Shown: piece by piece, positions 8,869 through 19,827 of the stretch
How positions within the stretch are numbered: the first letter of the stretch is position 1
How the letters are laid out: each line of letters starts with the position of its first letter
Source: Vairimorpha necatrix
Lineage: Eukaryota
Assembly (NCBI GenBank): GCA_036630325.1
Contig: CP142731.1
Coordinates: forward strand, 186,001 to 250,000
DNA: 64,000 nt
Reading direction: 5' to 3'
The notes under the pieces: model-generated
Database searches by the model: none
What the model was told of the DNA's origin: nothing
The model's input: the letters and a program-made list of their open reading frames with translations, nothing else
Made by a program: the position numbers and the translations under genes

Positions 8869-11234
8869 CCTTGCCTTAATATTCTTGACTTAAAAAGATA
8901 TTTTAAAGCCTGATGGTCCGTTCTTAAGGTAAACTTTCCCAACAGTAGATATTCTCTGAAGTGTTGAAATGCTTTGACTACCGCTAACAGCTCCTGTTCT
9001 GTTGTAGAATAATTTTTTTCCGCTTTCGTGTGCAAAGAACTAAAGTATGCTACCATTTTTTCCTCTCCTTCTATTACCTGGGATAGCATGGCTCCACTTC
9101 CTTCATTTGACGCGTCCGTCGTCAAAATGAATTTATCTCTCGTATTTGGGATAGTCAATAATGTCGCTTTATTCACAGCTGCCTTTAACGCTTCTATGGC
9201 TTCGATAAACAACTGCCTGTTTTCTGATGCCCTTTTCCAAAATTTGATTTCCTCTTCCTTTTTCAACTTAATGATCCTATACAATGGGCTTACTATCTTA
9301 TGACTGTCTTTTATAAATTTCGAACAGTAATTATATAGCCCCAACAATGATTGCAATTTCTTTTTGTTTTTTGGAATTGGCAATTCCTCAATACTCTTTA
9401 TCCTTTCTGTGTCGATCCTAACTCCTTCCTTCGAGATCACATGCCCCAAGATTTTCAGTTCTTTCTTATTAAATTCACACTTTTTCTCATTCAGCTTTAC
9501 TCCAGCATTTACCAACTTCTCCATAACCAGCCTAACATGCGCTTGATGTTCCTCGAAAGTTCTACTATAGACCAAGATATCATCCATATAAACAACCACG
9601 AATTTGTATAAAAACTCTCTAAGTATGTTATTCATTGCTCTCTGAAATGTGGCTGGCCCGTTTACTAGACCGAAAGGCATCTTTACAAATTCAAAAAGTC
9701 CTTCTCTGCATGCAAAGGCAGTCTTCTCAATATCCTTTGGAGCCATATTGATCTGGTGATATCCCGATTCTGCATCCATCTTAGTAAAATAACTTGCACC
9801 CTCTAGTGCATCAATAAACTCATCCACTCTAGGCATGGGGTATGCATCCTTAATCGTAATATCATTAAGCCGCCTGTAATCTATACACAATCTATATCCT
9901 CCATCTTTTTTTGGTACTACAATCACTGGACTTCGCCAAGCACTCTCACTTGGCCGTATCACCCCCAGCTCAAGGTATTCCTTTATTATTTTAGATGCCT
10001 CTTTTTCTTTCGTTCCGCCTAATTTATATAGCTGAGCCATGACTGGCTCACTATCTCCCGTGTTAATCCTATGATATCCAATTGCATTTCCTTTAAGGAT
10101 TTGTCCCGACTCCATGTTGACCTTTCCATTTCCAAATCTTAGGTCAACTTCATATTTGTCCAATAATGTCCATCCTACTATGCACGGCATGGTGATGTCC
10201 CGTGTTACAATAAATTCGTCTTCAAATATGTATCCTTCTATTTTTATTTTCAACATCGTTTTCCCTATGATTCTTATCTGTGACCCGTTGGCCGCCCGTA
10301 ATTGAAGATTATCTCTAGTCAATCTCGTTTTGTCTTCGAGGTGTTCCGGCCTAATCAAATTAACTTCTGCACCTGTATCTAATAATACCTTAAACGGTCG
10401 TTTACTGTTCTCAAGTGTAGCCAACTTAACAGTGGATCGATTACTTCTGCTATTTAATAACCTATAATTAAAAATAAATTTATTCAAGTCCTCTTCTTCC
10501 ACATCTATCTCATCATTCCCTTGTGGTATACTAACCTCTCTAACTTGTTTTTTCACCTTAGAGCTTTTCCTTAAACTGTTGAAACGACATTGAGAGACCA
10601 CATGTCCTTGCTCGCTACAGATCAAACATCTAATTTTTGAATAGCTTGATTTTTTACTATTAACTTTGTTTCTTATTGCTTCGACTTTAACTTCTTGACC
10701 GTATGAGGATGCTATCTGGTTTCGCTCGGTCTCTCTCGTATCCTTAATATTCTTTAATGAATCATAGATGTATTTCCATGTAAGGCCCTCTTTGTTGTTA
10801 ATAAGCACGATGTTAGCTAGATTATTCGGCAGACCATTCAATGTAAACGCTACCAGGACTTGTTCTGGTACATTTCCTTTCCTCGCTATGGCACCCATTC
10901 TGTCGAGATAGTTCATAATAGATCCACCTGTATACTTCAATGCTGCAAGCTTTTCCAAACTAATCTTCAGAATCATATTACTGACAAATCTCTCCCTGAA
11001 TCTATCTATTAGTTCACCCAAGTCTAGCCCTACTGGTTGGGCCATTATCCAATCTTTTGCTTCTTCCCTAAGAGACATCTTGAATGTAAGTAACAGCTTA
11101 CCCTCGCTGTACTCATTCAACCTGCCCACTTCCATCAAGTCCTCTATGAACTGTTGTGGGTCGTCTTTCTCTTCATTTCTGAAGATGAGAAGAATATTTT
11201 TGTCGCTTGTCGCCAAATTGTTGGAACAAAACAT
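8793..11234 (-). CDS. Gag-protease-RT-RNase H polyprotein of the nested element (frameshifted near 8886)
   Basis: CCHC knuckle CLICSEQGHVVSQC, protease LLDTGA, RT motifs RLCIDYRRLN, MPFGL and YMDD, RNase H motifs TDAS, EQELLA and TDHQAL. Confidence 0.92.
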   Translation of the reverse strand: MFCSNNLATSDKNILLIFRNEEKDDPQQFIEDLMEVGRLNEYSEGKLLLTFKMSLREEAKDWIMAQPVGLDLGELIDRFRERFVSNMILKISLEKLAALKYTGGSIMNYLDRMGAIARKGNVPEQVLVAFTLNGLPNNLANIVLINNKEGLTWKYIYDSLKNIKDTRETERNQIASSYGQEVKVEAIRNKVNSKKSSYSKIRCLICSEQGHVVSQCRFNSLRKSSKVKKQVREVSIPQGNDEIDVEEEDLNKFIFNYRLLNSRSNRSTVKLATLENSKRPFKVLLDTGAEVNLIRPEHLEDKTRLTRDNLQLRAANGSQIRIIGKTMLKIKIEGYIFEDEFIVTRDITMPCIVGWTLLDKYEVDLRFGNGKVNMESGQILKGNAIGYHRINTGDSEPVMAQLYKLGGTKEKEASKIIKEYLELGVIRPSESAWRSPVIVVPKKDGGYRLCIDYRRLNDITIKDAYPMPRVDEFIDALEGASYFTKMDAESGYHQINMAPKDIEKTAFACREGLFEFVKMPFGLVNGPATFQRAMNNILREFLYKFVVVYMDDILVYSRTFEEHQAHVRLVMEKLVNAGVKLNEKKCEFNKKELKILGHVISKEGVRIDTERIKSIEELPIPKNKKKLQSLLGLYNYCSKFIKDSHKIVSPLYRIIKLKKEEEIKFWKRASENRQLFIEAIEALKAAVNKATLLTIPNTRDKFILTTDASNEGSGAMLSQVIEGEEKMVAYFSSLHTKAEKNYSTTEQELLAVVKAFQHFREYLLLGKFTLRTDHQALKYLFKSRILRQGWRDGRSSFRNMILKLSILRDPQTM

Positions 11235-13697
11235 GGGTTTATTTTTATAAAATTATTTAAAAGATCAGATGTCAAATATATCAACTCGATTATATATTTG
11301 ACATTGACATCGACATTGACATATATTCCTACAGTTATAATTAACAATCTACAAACACCACTAGGAGAAGTTAAGACTATAGAAGTATTTCTTGCAGGAG
11401 ATAAAATAAATGCAGTGGTAGATACAGGTAGCAATCTAAATTGAATTATTAGGAAGCTTGTTGAAGAAAAAGGATTTCTTTACATAGAGACGAAAGAAAT
11501 TACGGTAACAAACATTTTTGGACAAGAAAATACCCTAACAGAATACGTAGAATTAACTGTGAAAATAAATCACATACAGATAACAACCACTTTTTACATC
11601 ATGGACAATGGATCAATTTTCATTTTGATTGGTAATTCAACTATAGTTAATGTCCAAAAATTGAGGCATGAAATAGGAGAACTTAAGAAGAAGTTCTATA
11701 AAGTCTTTAATGATGAACCATCCGGAGGTTATAATAAAATAATTTGCACAATAGATACAAAAGAAGGTGCCAAAGTTAATATTAAAAAAAGAACATGACC
11801 AGAACTTATTAGAAGTTCTTTAAAGGCTTTCAAAAAACAATTTTTTAGTTAATGCAGATAAAATGCAATATAAAAGCAAAACGGTAAAGCCTTCAGGATC
11901 TATGATCAACGGGTCAACTCAGAGGCCAATAGGAGAACACCAGAGAAAGATATTGACTTCAAAACGCATAAAGCCAAAAAAGACTTACAAAAATTTCTTG
12001 GATTTGCAAATTACTATAGAAAATATATTGCGCACCTAGCAACAATTTCACAACCATTATATGATGCACTCAAAGGCCTCACATGCAACGACCAATTAAA
12101 ATGGACCAAAGAATGCTAGGAAGCCTTTAGCAACATAAAACTAAAGTTAAATTCTAACATAGCAATAAATGTAGCAGACTTTACAAAACTATTTGTCTTA
12201 GCAATAGATGCCTCAAATACAGGAATAGGAGCTTGCCTACAACAAGAAAAAGATGGCGAACTTATAGTTATAGATTGGGCATCCAAAAAGCTGTCTGAAG
12301 CAGAGAAAAAATATACAATAACAGAGAAGGAATTTCTAGCTATGGCTTGAGGAATACAACACAATGAATCATATTTTTAAGGCTATAAGTTTAAAGTAAT
12401 AATCGATCACACCGCCCTTACGTTTGCTAAAACAAAACATATATTCAGAAATATGAAATTAGAACCAATGAGAGATTAATACAAAGTTATGACTTCACAA
12501 TACATTATAAGAAAGGCGCCGAAATTATTGAGGCTGATGTGTCAAGTGTAATTTATGAAACGTTGGACCAAACTCACGACTTAAAACTGCCAAAAAATGT
12601 GCTCATCGATTCTGAGGTACGTGGCATTATAAAGTAAGCGATACAGAAACAAAGCTCTTTCCGCCTGTCGAAGATAGACCAGCGCTCCTTAAGGAAGTAC
12701 ACGAAAAATTTACAAACCAAGGTGAAGAGATGCAATGATTTATGGAATAAAGAGAAAATATTATTGGCTTAAACTAAACGAATCAATTGCTTAATACTAT
12801 AAACGTTGTAAATCTTGTCAATGCAATCAACGAAAGACACAAGGAGGAGAAAAGTTAGTGGAAGCAAATTACAAATTGGAAAAAATTAGCATGGACCTTT
12901 TATTCCTAGAACAGGCTATACCCCCACTTACATGTATTGATCTTTACACATGAAAAGTTAATATAAAATATCTAAAGAACAAAACGAACAAGGAAACGTT
13001 TAAAAAAATGAAAGAAATCTTTGAAGAGTAAGGACTTCCGAAACAAATTATAATAGAAAATGGTAGAGAATTCATATCGTAAGAGTTCTCAATGTGGTGC
13101 GAGAAAAACTCGATTATAGTTCATAATACACGCCCCGGAAAACATCAGTCCAACGGAAGAGTCGAAAGACTAAAATTAAATGTATGGCAGATTATGAGGA
13201 AAAAGTTTTTAGAAGAACCCAATTTAATTCGGAAAGAAACTTACCAGATATAGTTAAACGATTTAATTATACCTACTACAGAGGTATTAAATGTACACCA
13301 AATGAGATGTGGGGAAATATAATAACGCCAGAAGAAAAAGAAGTGCAACGAATAAAATACGAGAAGGAATTTAAGTCGTTAAACAGAAAATATTCGAGAT
13401 TGGAGAATATGTACTATCACAAGACATTAATACTAACACATCATTTTCCAATCAGATAGTAAATACGTATTTGTAGGGAAGATCGTAGAAATCTTAGAAG
13501 GTGATTCTTATTATGTTTTAATAAATGGAAAGAAGGTTAAGCGTGATCACGCTCAGCTTAAAAAATTTCAAAAATTCTTAAATGAAAACAAAGTGAAAGA
13601 ATTTACCGATAAAGTGCTTTTTTTTTGGGGGGGGGGTGGGGTGTCTTTATAATATTAGATAAATAAACTCCTTATGCTTGTTAATTCATTCAACATA

Positions 13698-14632
13698 TTA
13701 TATAAGGAAAGGCGTTATTTCAATTAAGTCATTTAAACCAAATGAGATATGGGGATCGACATAGTAGGTCACTACCCCAAAGCCAACGGGATATAGGTAC
13801 ATATTAAAGAAAATCGACCACTTTTCAAAGGTTGCAAACGTAATACCGTTACGATCAAAAAATGCAGACAAAACTCGAATACGAATCGAAGAAACCATTT
13901 CAAAGTACGGAGTTCCGGGAATAATTATTTCGGATAATGGAAGGGATTCGCAAATAGCAGTATAAAAGAATTTTCTAGGAAGTACAAAATTCAATGGAGA
14001 CTAGGAGCCCCCATTTGCCGACGACTACGGGATTAGTAGAGAGATTTAATCGGACATACGTAGAGAAGCTGAAAAAAAGGATCAAATTTTGGAAGAATAG
14101 ACTTGGTGAAGTGCATAGGTAAGACTTTGGACGGGTACCTTAACTCTTTTCCCGGGAATATACTGCTCATTACAGGAAATGTGGTCAAATAAAAGATTGT
14201 CGAAACACCAAAGGTGTTATATATCATGTTACAAAACAAGTTATTGCAAATGTAAGGAAGTAAGACTCAAGAGGAAATTTAAGTGGGGGGGGGGGTGAAA
14301 TATTCTATCATCACTCAATCGGGAAAGAACATAAATTGGAAGCGGATTATACTTTTAGCGGAATCGTTATTTCTAAAGTAATTTGGCTCTGCCGAAATAA
14401 AGTTAGCAAATGGAAAAATAATAACCTCAAGTCTAAGAAACTTAAGGAAGTATATTTTTTAGAGAGGGAAGAGTGTAAAAATAAATGTCAATCAATGTTA
14501 TATTTAATATCATTTGATATTCACTATAAATTGATTAAACTTCATTTGATTTTTTCTATAAATTAATTAAATATCATTTAATTTTTTTCTATAAATTGAT
14601 TAAATAAATAAACTTATGTTTTTTTAATAACA
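13698..14632 (+). mobile_element. Decayed gypsy integrase fragment with PPT and 3' LTR (~14474-14632)
   Basis: Disrupted frames read WGIDIVG, IISDNG and TTGLVERFNR. Purine tract AGAGAGGGAAGAG is followed by TGTAAAA...AATAACA. Confidence 0.7.
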
Positions 14633-14799
14633 GTTTTGCGTACAACAATTTCAAACATGACATTGGTAACAATGCATAAATAAAATTAAAAGTATAAATT
14701 TTGTCATATATTAAGACCACCACAGTTTTTATCAAACAATTTTGTTAATTATAATTTTTTTTTCAAGTATTAAAGAATTTCTAATTTTTGTACCCATAT

Positions 14800-15876
14800 A
14801 TGAGATCGATACTTTTTTATTTTAATTATTGTTGCTTTTTTGATATTGTAGTAGCTACGGACGCCAATCAAACAGCTTGGATCGATGATATTACGAATAT
14901 TAGCAGAGATCAATATTGTTCTATATTGAATGGGAATTTGCGATACACCGGACTTTCAATAACCACGATCGAATATCTTGGTAGATTTATCTGGCATACT
15001 TTAACTAGCCATAAAACATTTAGATTAATTTTAAAGAATAGCAATTTAGAAGCTTATTTCAAAAAAAACAATCAAAGAATTCTTGGAAAATATTTACATG
15101 GCATTATTAGGCTTTTTGGTATAAAAAATAATTCTTTTATAGATTATTTCCCAGTACCAGGCCAAGAATTTAATTTCATACACGACTTAATCTTCGAAAC
15201 AAGCAGTATTTTGTCATCCATAAATTTGTGTTTCAAAAATCATATTTCCGAATCTCCATCACGTATTGATGCCATTAAAAAAATCATTAATAAAAAATTA
15301 TGTTTTCTGTGGGGAGGGAAAGGAATATTACCTTCAGTTCAGTACTTAGAATGTAAAAGATATAAGAATTATTATGTTGAATGTCATAAGATAGAGTCGT
15401 ATGAAGTAGAAGAATTTTATGAAAAAAGGCAAGAGATATTCAAGCCTGAAGATTGCATCGATTCAAACTTTGATTTCGATATTTTGACTAGTACAACTCC
15501 AAATAATCCTACTTTTAAGAATACCACTGCTTCTTATTTTCCTGAAATTATAAATACTACGAGTAGTGCAAAATTATATATTACAAGCGAAATTCCTATA
15601 ATTTCAACCAATACTAGCACTAAATTAAACAACATCACCAAAAGTGCAAATAATAGGGACAATGTTAATAGCAGCGATGTTGATTCTAAAACTGATGAGA
15701 ATGCATATAGTAAAATTTATGAACTCATATCAGAGAGTAGATATGGCATTTTTGGATTAATTATAATTATAATGTTGGTAATAGGAGCTATTGTGTTTTT
15801 TTGTTGTCGAAAAATAAAAAACAGCGATAAAGAATACAAAAAAGTTAACAGCAAAGATCCCGGGACGAGTGTCTAG
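14800..15876 (+). CDS. Type-I membrane protein, 6-Cys head family, member 1
   Basis: ATG at 14800 follows CCC. Hydrophobic N-terminus, conserved Cys domain, T/S/N-rich stalk, TM segment GIFGLIIIIMLVIGAIVFFCC, tail EYKKV...PGTSV. Confidence 0.85.
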   Translation: MRSILFYFNYCCFFDIVVATDANQTAWIDDITNISRDQYCSILNGNLRYTGLSITTIEYLGRFIWHTLTSHKTFRLILKNSNLEAYFKKNNQRILGKYLHGIIRLFGIKNNSFIDYFPVPGQEFNFIHDLIFETSSILSSINLCFKNHISESPSRIDAIKKIINKKLCFLWGGKGILPSVQYLECKRYKNYYVECHKIESYEVEEFYEKRQEIFKPEDCIDSNFDFDILTSTTPNNPTFKNTTASYFPEIINTTSSAKLYITSEIPIISTNTSTKLNNITKSANNRDNVNSSDVDSKTDENAYSKIYELISESRYGIFGLIIIIMLVIGAIVFFCCRKIKNSDKEYKKVNSKDPGTSV

Positions 15877-16441
15877 AATTAAATTTGATAATCATTTTAT
15901 TTATTTTGAAAAAAAATTTTCTATAAATTTTAATCATTAAAATTTTTTTTTTCTAAAATTAAGTTTGAGTTCTTGATGGTAACCACAGAATAATTTTTAT
16001 CATTTTAATTAATTGCGAAATGTACATATATTTATTTTGCATCTCATTATATAAAATAAATATGTGGTTAAATCGTCCGTATAAATTAAAAACTTAAAAC
16101 GTTAAAATATCAGCAACACTTTATAAGATCTTTAATAAAAAACGTTAAAAATCAAAAAATGGAACTTCTAATTGTGCCATATCTTCATTTTTCCCTAATT
16201 TAAACATGAAGAAAATTAATCTTCGAGATAAAAAATGGACTTTTCTATAATGATCTATTTACACCAAAACAAGGCATGGGGTACACTATTAAATTGTAAA
16301 GAAGAATTACAAAATTATCTAAAAATCTATATTTAATGAAAGAAGAACAATGAAATTGTAATTTTGAACACCATATACATTTATTAATGTAGTTAAAATA
16401 TAAAAAATATTTTTACAGAAACGAGTTTTATTTGTATTCTT

Positions 16442-16688
16442 GGCTAATTTTCACTTTAGCCCCCCCCCTTATCATTATAAATACAGAATTTTTTATTTTA
16501 GTCCTTTTTTTAATTCAAAGCGCCCAGAGTGGAAAGGAACAAACAAAAATTTACATAGTACAAAAAACGGACTCTTATTAAGATCTGATTTTATCAATAT
16601 TTATGATCAACATTATTTTAAATCGTTTTTTGATAATGTATTACTAAAAAATATGTTTTTAAAGCAGTCTAAATTTGTAAAAATATAT
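16442..16688 (+). mobile_element. Truncated left part of the MITE family seen intact at 62961-63821
   Basis: GGCTAATTTTCACTTTAgCCCCCCCCCTTA...AGTCTAAATTTGTAAAAATAT aligns by eye with 62961-63205. Confidence 0.8.
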
Positions 16689-16691
16689 GAG

Positions 16692-18321
16692 GCGCGCGAG
16701 CGTTGACCCCCTAAGATTTCCACACCATGCAAGCATTAACCCCGAGTTTTCCTTAAAGAAAGCCCTGTCTGAATCATATCTCAATTAGATAAATAAATGC
16801 TTCAAATTAAATTCGAACACGTCCCATACGCAGGAAACACCTAAGCATGCCTCTAGACTATGGCATACTAAAAAAACATAAATATTTCTAATAAAAAAAC
16901 ACTTGCATTATTCAATTTGATAAATAAAATAATTATTTTTATCCTTTTAAATATTCTTCCTCCAAAATGCTGTTGATTATGATAATTTAACATTAATCCT
17001 ACAAGGCAGGGATAATGAAGTTGGTTTAGAAAAGCAACAAAAAAACGGTTGAAACAAAAAGCTGCCAATTACCTTATTATAGATGAGGCACTATATTTAA
17101 AAGATGAGGCCCCTGGAAACCATCTTAAGGTTTTCCAAAGTAGAAAGCTTGGAAGTTGAATGTAGAGCTTTCCGGCACTTTAACACAGGGGCGTCAACAG
17201 ATTTGAAGCATCTTGCAATAAGTTTGTTTTAAAACTTAGAGATATTATTAGAAAGTCGTCTCCGAATGCATCATATGTGGACAATCGCAACTCGTTAAAA
17301 AATTAAGAGCGCCAAGTTCATATTACGGCCTCTAAACCAATGGAACGAATTATGATCGATTTAATCTATATGACGCGCTATAAAAGTTTAACGATGGACA
17401 TTGTTGAATTTTAATAATAGATGTGTATTTGAAGTTTGCCGGGCCTAACCAATAAAAAGTAAAACGAGAGAAGAGGTTACAGAAAATTTAAAATTTTTAT
17501 TTTACAATATGACTAGTCCTCCCAAGTTCCTTCAAAGCGATACTTGAAAGAAATTCTGTAAATTTCATATGAATAAATATTGTGCAGACTTTGTTATTGT
17601 TCAAAAACATAGTAGGCCCTCCACTTACAATCAAATGGGCAAATAGAAAGGGTTAACCAAACTTTAACTCGCACTATTTAAGACAAGGTTTGAAGAAGGA
17701 TTGCTTGCTGTGGTAATTCTAGAACCGAAGATAAAAACGATGGCCTTGAAGTCTTAATAAAGTCGTATACAACTATAATTAGCCTAACATAGTGCGGCAT
17801 AGCAGGTTCCATTTAACCTATTTTAAAAAATACCGGAAGTTAATTTCGTTTTCACGCAGGATGTCAACGAGTCTTCAGATAATATTATGAAAGGAGTTGA
17901 ATTAAAGTTTGATGTGTAAAATAAAAATGAAGTTGTGATTGGTGTTCTTGAAGAAAAAACAGAAACTGGTTCAGTTGATCCAAATTACCTTGCAAGAATG
18001 GATCGTCAATCAAAGATCATATCTCATAATATACTTTAGAAATAGGGGACAAGGTAATTGTAGCTAGAGACTTTGATGATAAGACCAAAACAAAAATTAT
18101 CTTCCTTTCTTGTAAAGAAGTCACGATTGCAGAATTCTCTCAAACAACAAAGTGAAATGTGAAACTGAAGAAGATACATAAATTTCCCCTATGTCTATGC
18201 TCAAAAAACTTTAACATTAAACAATCGATTTTAAAATTTATTTGTTTTCTTTTCATTTCTTATTTTTTACGTTCTGTTAAAGGGGCAAACGCATTCATGG
18301 GTTCAACGCTCGCGTGATACA
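16692..18321 (+). mobile_element. Degenerate Ginger-like (integrase-type DDE) DNA transposon
   Basis: Inverted repeats CGCGAGCGTTGACCCC (16695-16710) and GGGTTCAACGCTCGCG (18299-18314); the right end finishes in ...ACA. Broken integrase frames read ASKPMERIMIDL, LQSD and QSNGQIERVNQTL. No RT and no LTR seen. Confidence 0.65.
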
Positions 18322-18341
18322 AAAAATATTTCTAAATGTAA

Positions 18342-19827
18342 TGTATTTATTTCAAAAATTTGGTTTCAGGAATATAAGAATATATAACATCCCCCCCTCA
18401 AGAAAGGTTAGTCTCCTACGTCATCATCGACCCTAAGAGATCTTTTAAGTCATAATGCCTCTTCTTAACTAATCGTCCATTCTTCAAGTTCATTATATAA
18501 GAATTTCCTGGACACACAATCTTAATAATCCTGATATCCAAAAACCTACCTTTTTCATACTTATTACACCCTTTAAAATTTATACTCTTTGCAACTCGCA
18601 CTCTCTGCCCTTCGACGAACCTGTCTCTATATCATTTTTTAAATCGCTTATTAAAATTTCCATTGGACCATTTTTCAGCATTACATTGCCCGTTTTATCT
18701 TTAACTGCCCCAAATGGTGTGCATCTTAGACTCATGGTAACTATTATTATATATCTCAAGCGCATTTGTAACTCGTTCTTAAAAGCTTTTGGGGAGATTC
18801 ATTTTTATACCGATTCTCTCAACGTACATATGACTCTTTCAGCTCTTCCATTGCTTCTATGTGATTCAATACTGATCTTCCTGTGGGTTATATCCAACTT
18901 TCTGCATAACTATCTAAATTCCTCATTTGCAAATTCTCTTCGATTGTCCGATATGATTTCTTGTGGTCTTTTACCATTTTCACACAAATATTCTATAAAT
19001 TCAATTATCGAGCTAGCACGCTTATCTTATAATATGCAACCCCACGCAACTCTTTTATTAATAATAGCCACTAAAACAAAAATTCTTGGATCTCTATAAT
19101 CAATTAAATCTATTTCCACCTTTTCTAGGTATCTACTTGTTGCATAAAATCACATCCTCCTGATTTTTTTCGATCGTATTTTTGGCACTCATCACATTCT
19201 TTTATCATCATCTTTATATCTCCTTTAATTTCCGGCCAATAATAGTCAAATTTCACAGCATAACAGACACTTCCTAGTCCTCCGTGGGCCTGTTCTTCGT
19301 GGTACCTCTTCATTAACTCTAACCCATCACCTTATGCAGGCATTTCGCTCTACGACCCGAATCAAAATTCCAGTACTCTTTGTCCCCGACATTCTCAACT
19401 GGTTTTAACCATTTCCGGTTTTCTGTTTCTACGTTCTTTGTCTCGACATTTCTCTTTTCAGATCACTTTCCTCATGGATTCTGCTCAATGCATCAGCAAC
19501 AACCATCTGATCGGCTTCCTGTATTTAATCTCAAAATTGAACTTTGAATCATCTCTATTCACCTGTTAATCCTATTATTTTTATAAACTTGGCTTTCTTC
19601 TTATTCTAATAAAACCTTATGATTAGTTTCAAGATTAAAAATCTCCTTCTTTACATTCTTCTCAAATTCATAATTAGATAATACTAGTCCATAAACAATC
19701 CTCTTAAACTCTTTTAATAACCTTCTGGCCTCTTGATTACAGCCAACACTTGTGAGCTCACGATTTAGTATCGCCCCATGAATTTATTTATCATATTTGG
19801 AGTTCAGATATATAAGAATATATAACA
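18342..19827 (-). mobile_element. Internally deleted gypsy element with ~48 bp LTRs
   Basis: LTR copies TGTTATATATTCTTATAT...AAATAAATwCA at 19779-19827 and 18342-18389. PPT GAGGGGGGGA. Integrase zinc finger HEEQAH...YYWP...CDEC and C-terminal GRLVKKRHYDLK. Confidence 0.75.

Larger units (their letters stand above)
7605..11333 (-). mobile_element. Near-intact Ty3/gypsy LTR retrotransposon nested in the outer element
   Basis: TG...CA LTRs at 11219-11333 and 7605-7713 are nearly identical (one 6-bp unit and about one substitution differ). A 5-bp TSD, GTTAT, lies at 7600-7604 and 11334-11338. PBS TGGCGAC; PPT AAAAGGGGAAGTAG. Confidence 0.95.
6958..13695 (+). mobile_element. Degenerate Ty3/gypsy LTR retrotransposon (outer element), LTRs ~57 bp
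   Basis: LTR copies at ~6958-7014 and ~13640-13695 both end ...TTATGCTTGTTAAyTCmTTCAACA. PBS TGGCGCCCG at 7015 and a G-rich PPT at 13627-13641. Broken gag, protease (VVDTGS), RNase H (DASNTGIGACLQQ, YTITEKEFLA) and integrase (HQSNGRVER) frames. Confidence 0.85.

Noticed and set aside
8860-8900. Programmed ribosomal frameshift
   Set aside because: It falls at the end of RNase H rather than at the gag-pol junction, with no obvious slippery heptamer. One missing A restores the usual motif, so mutation or assembly error is more likely.
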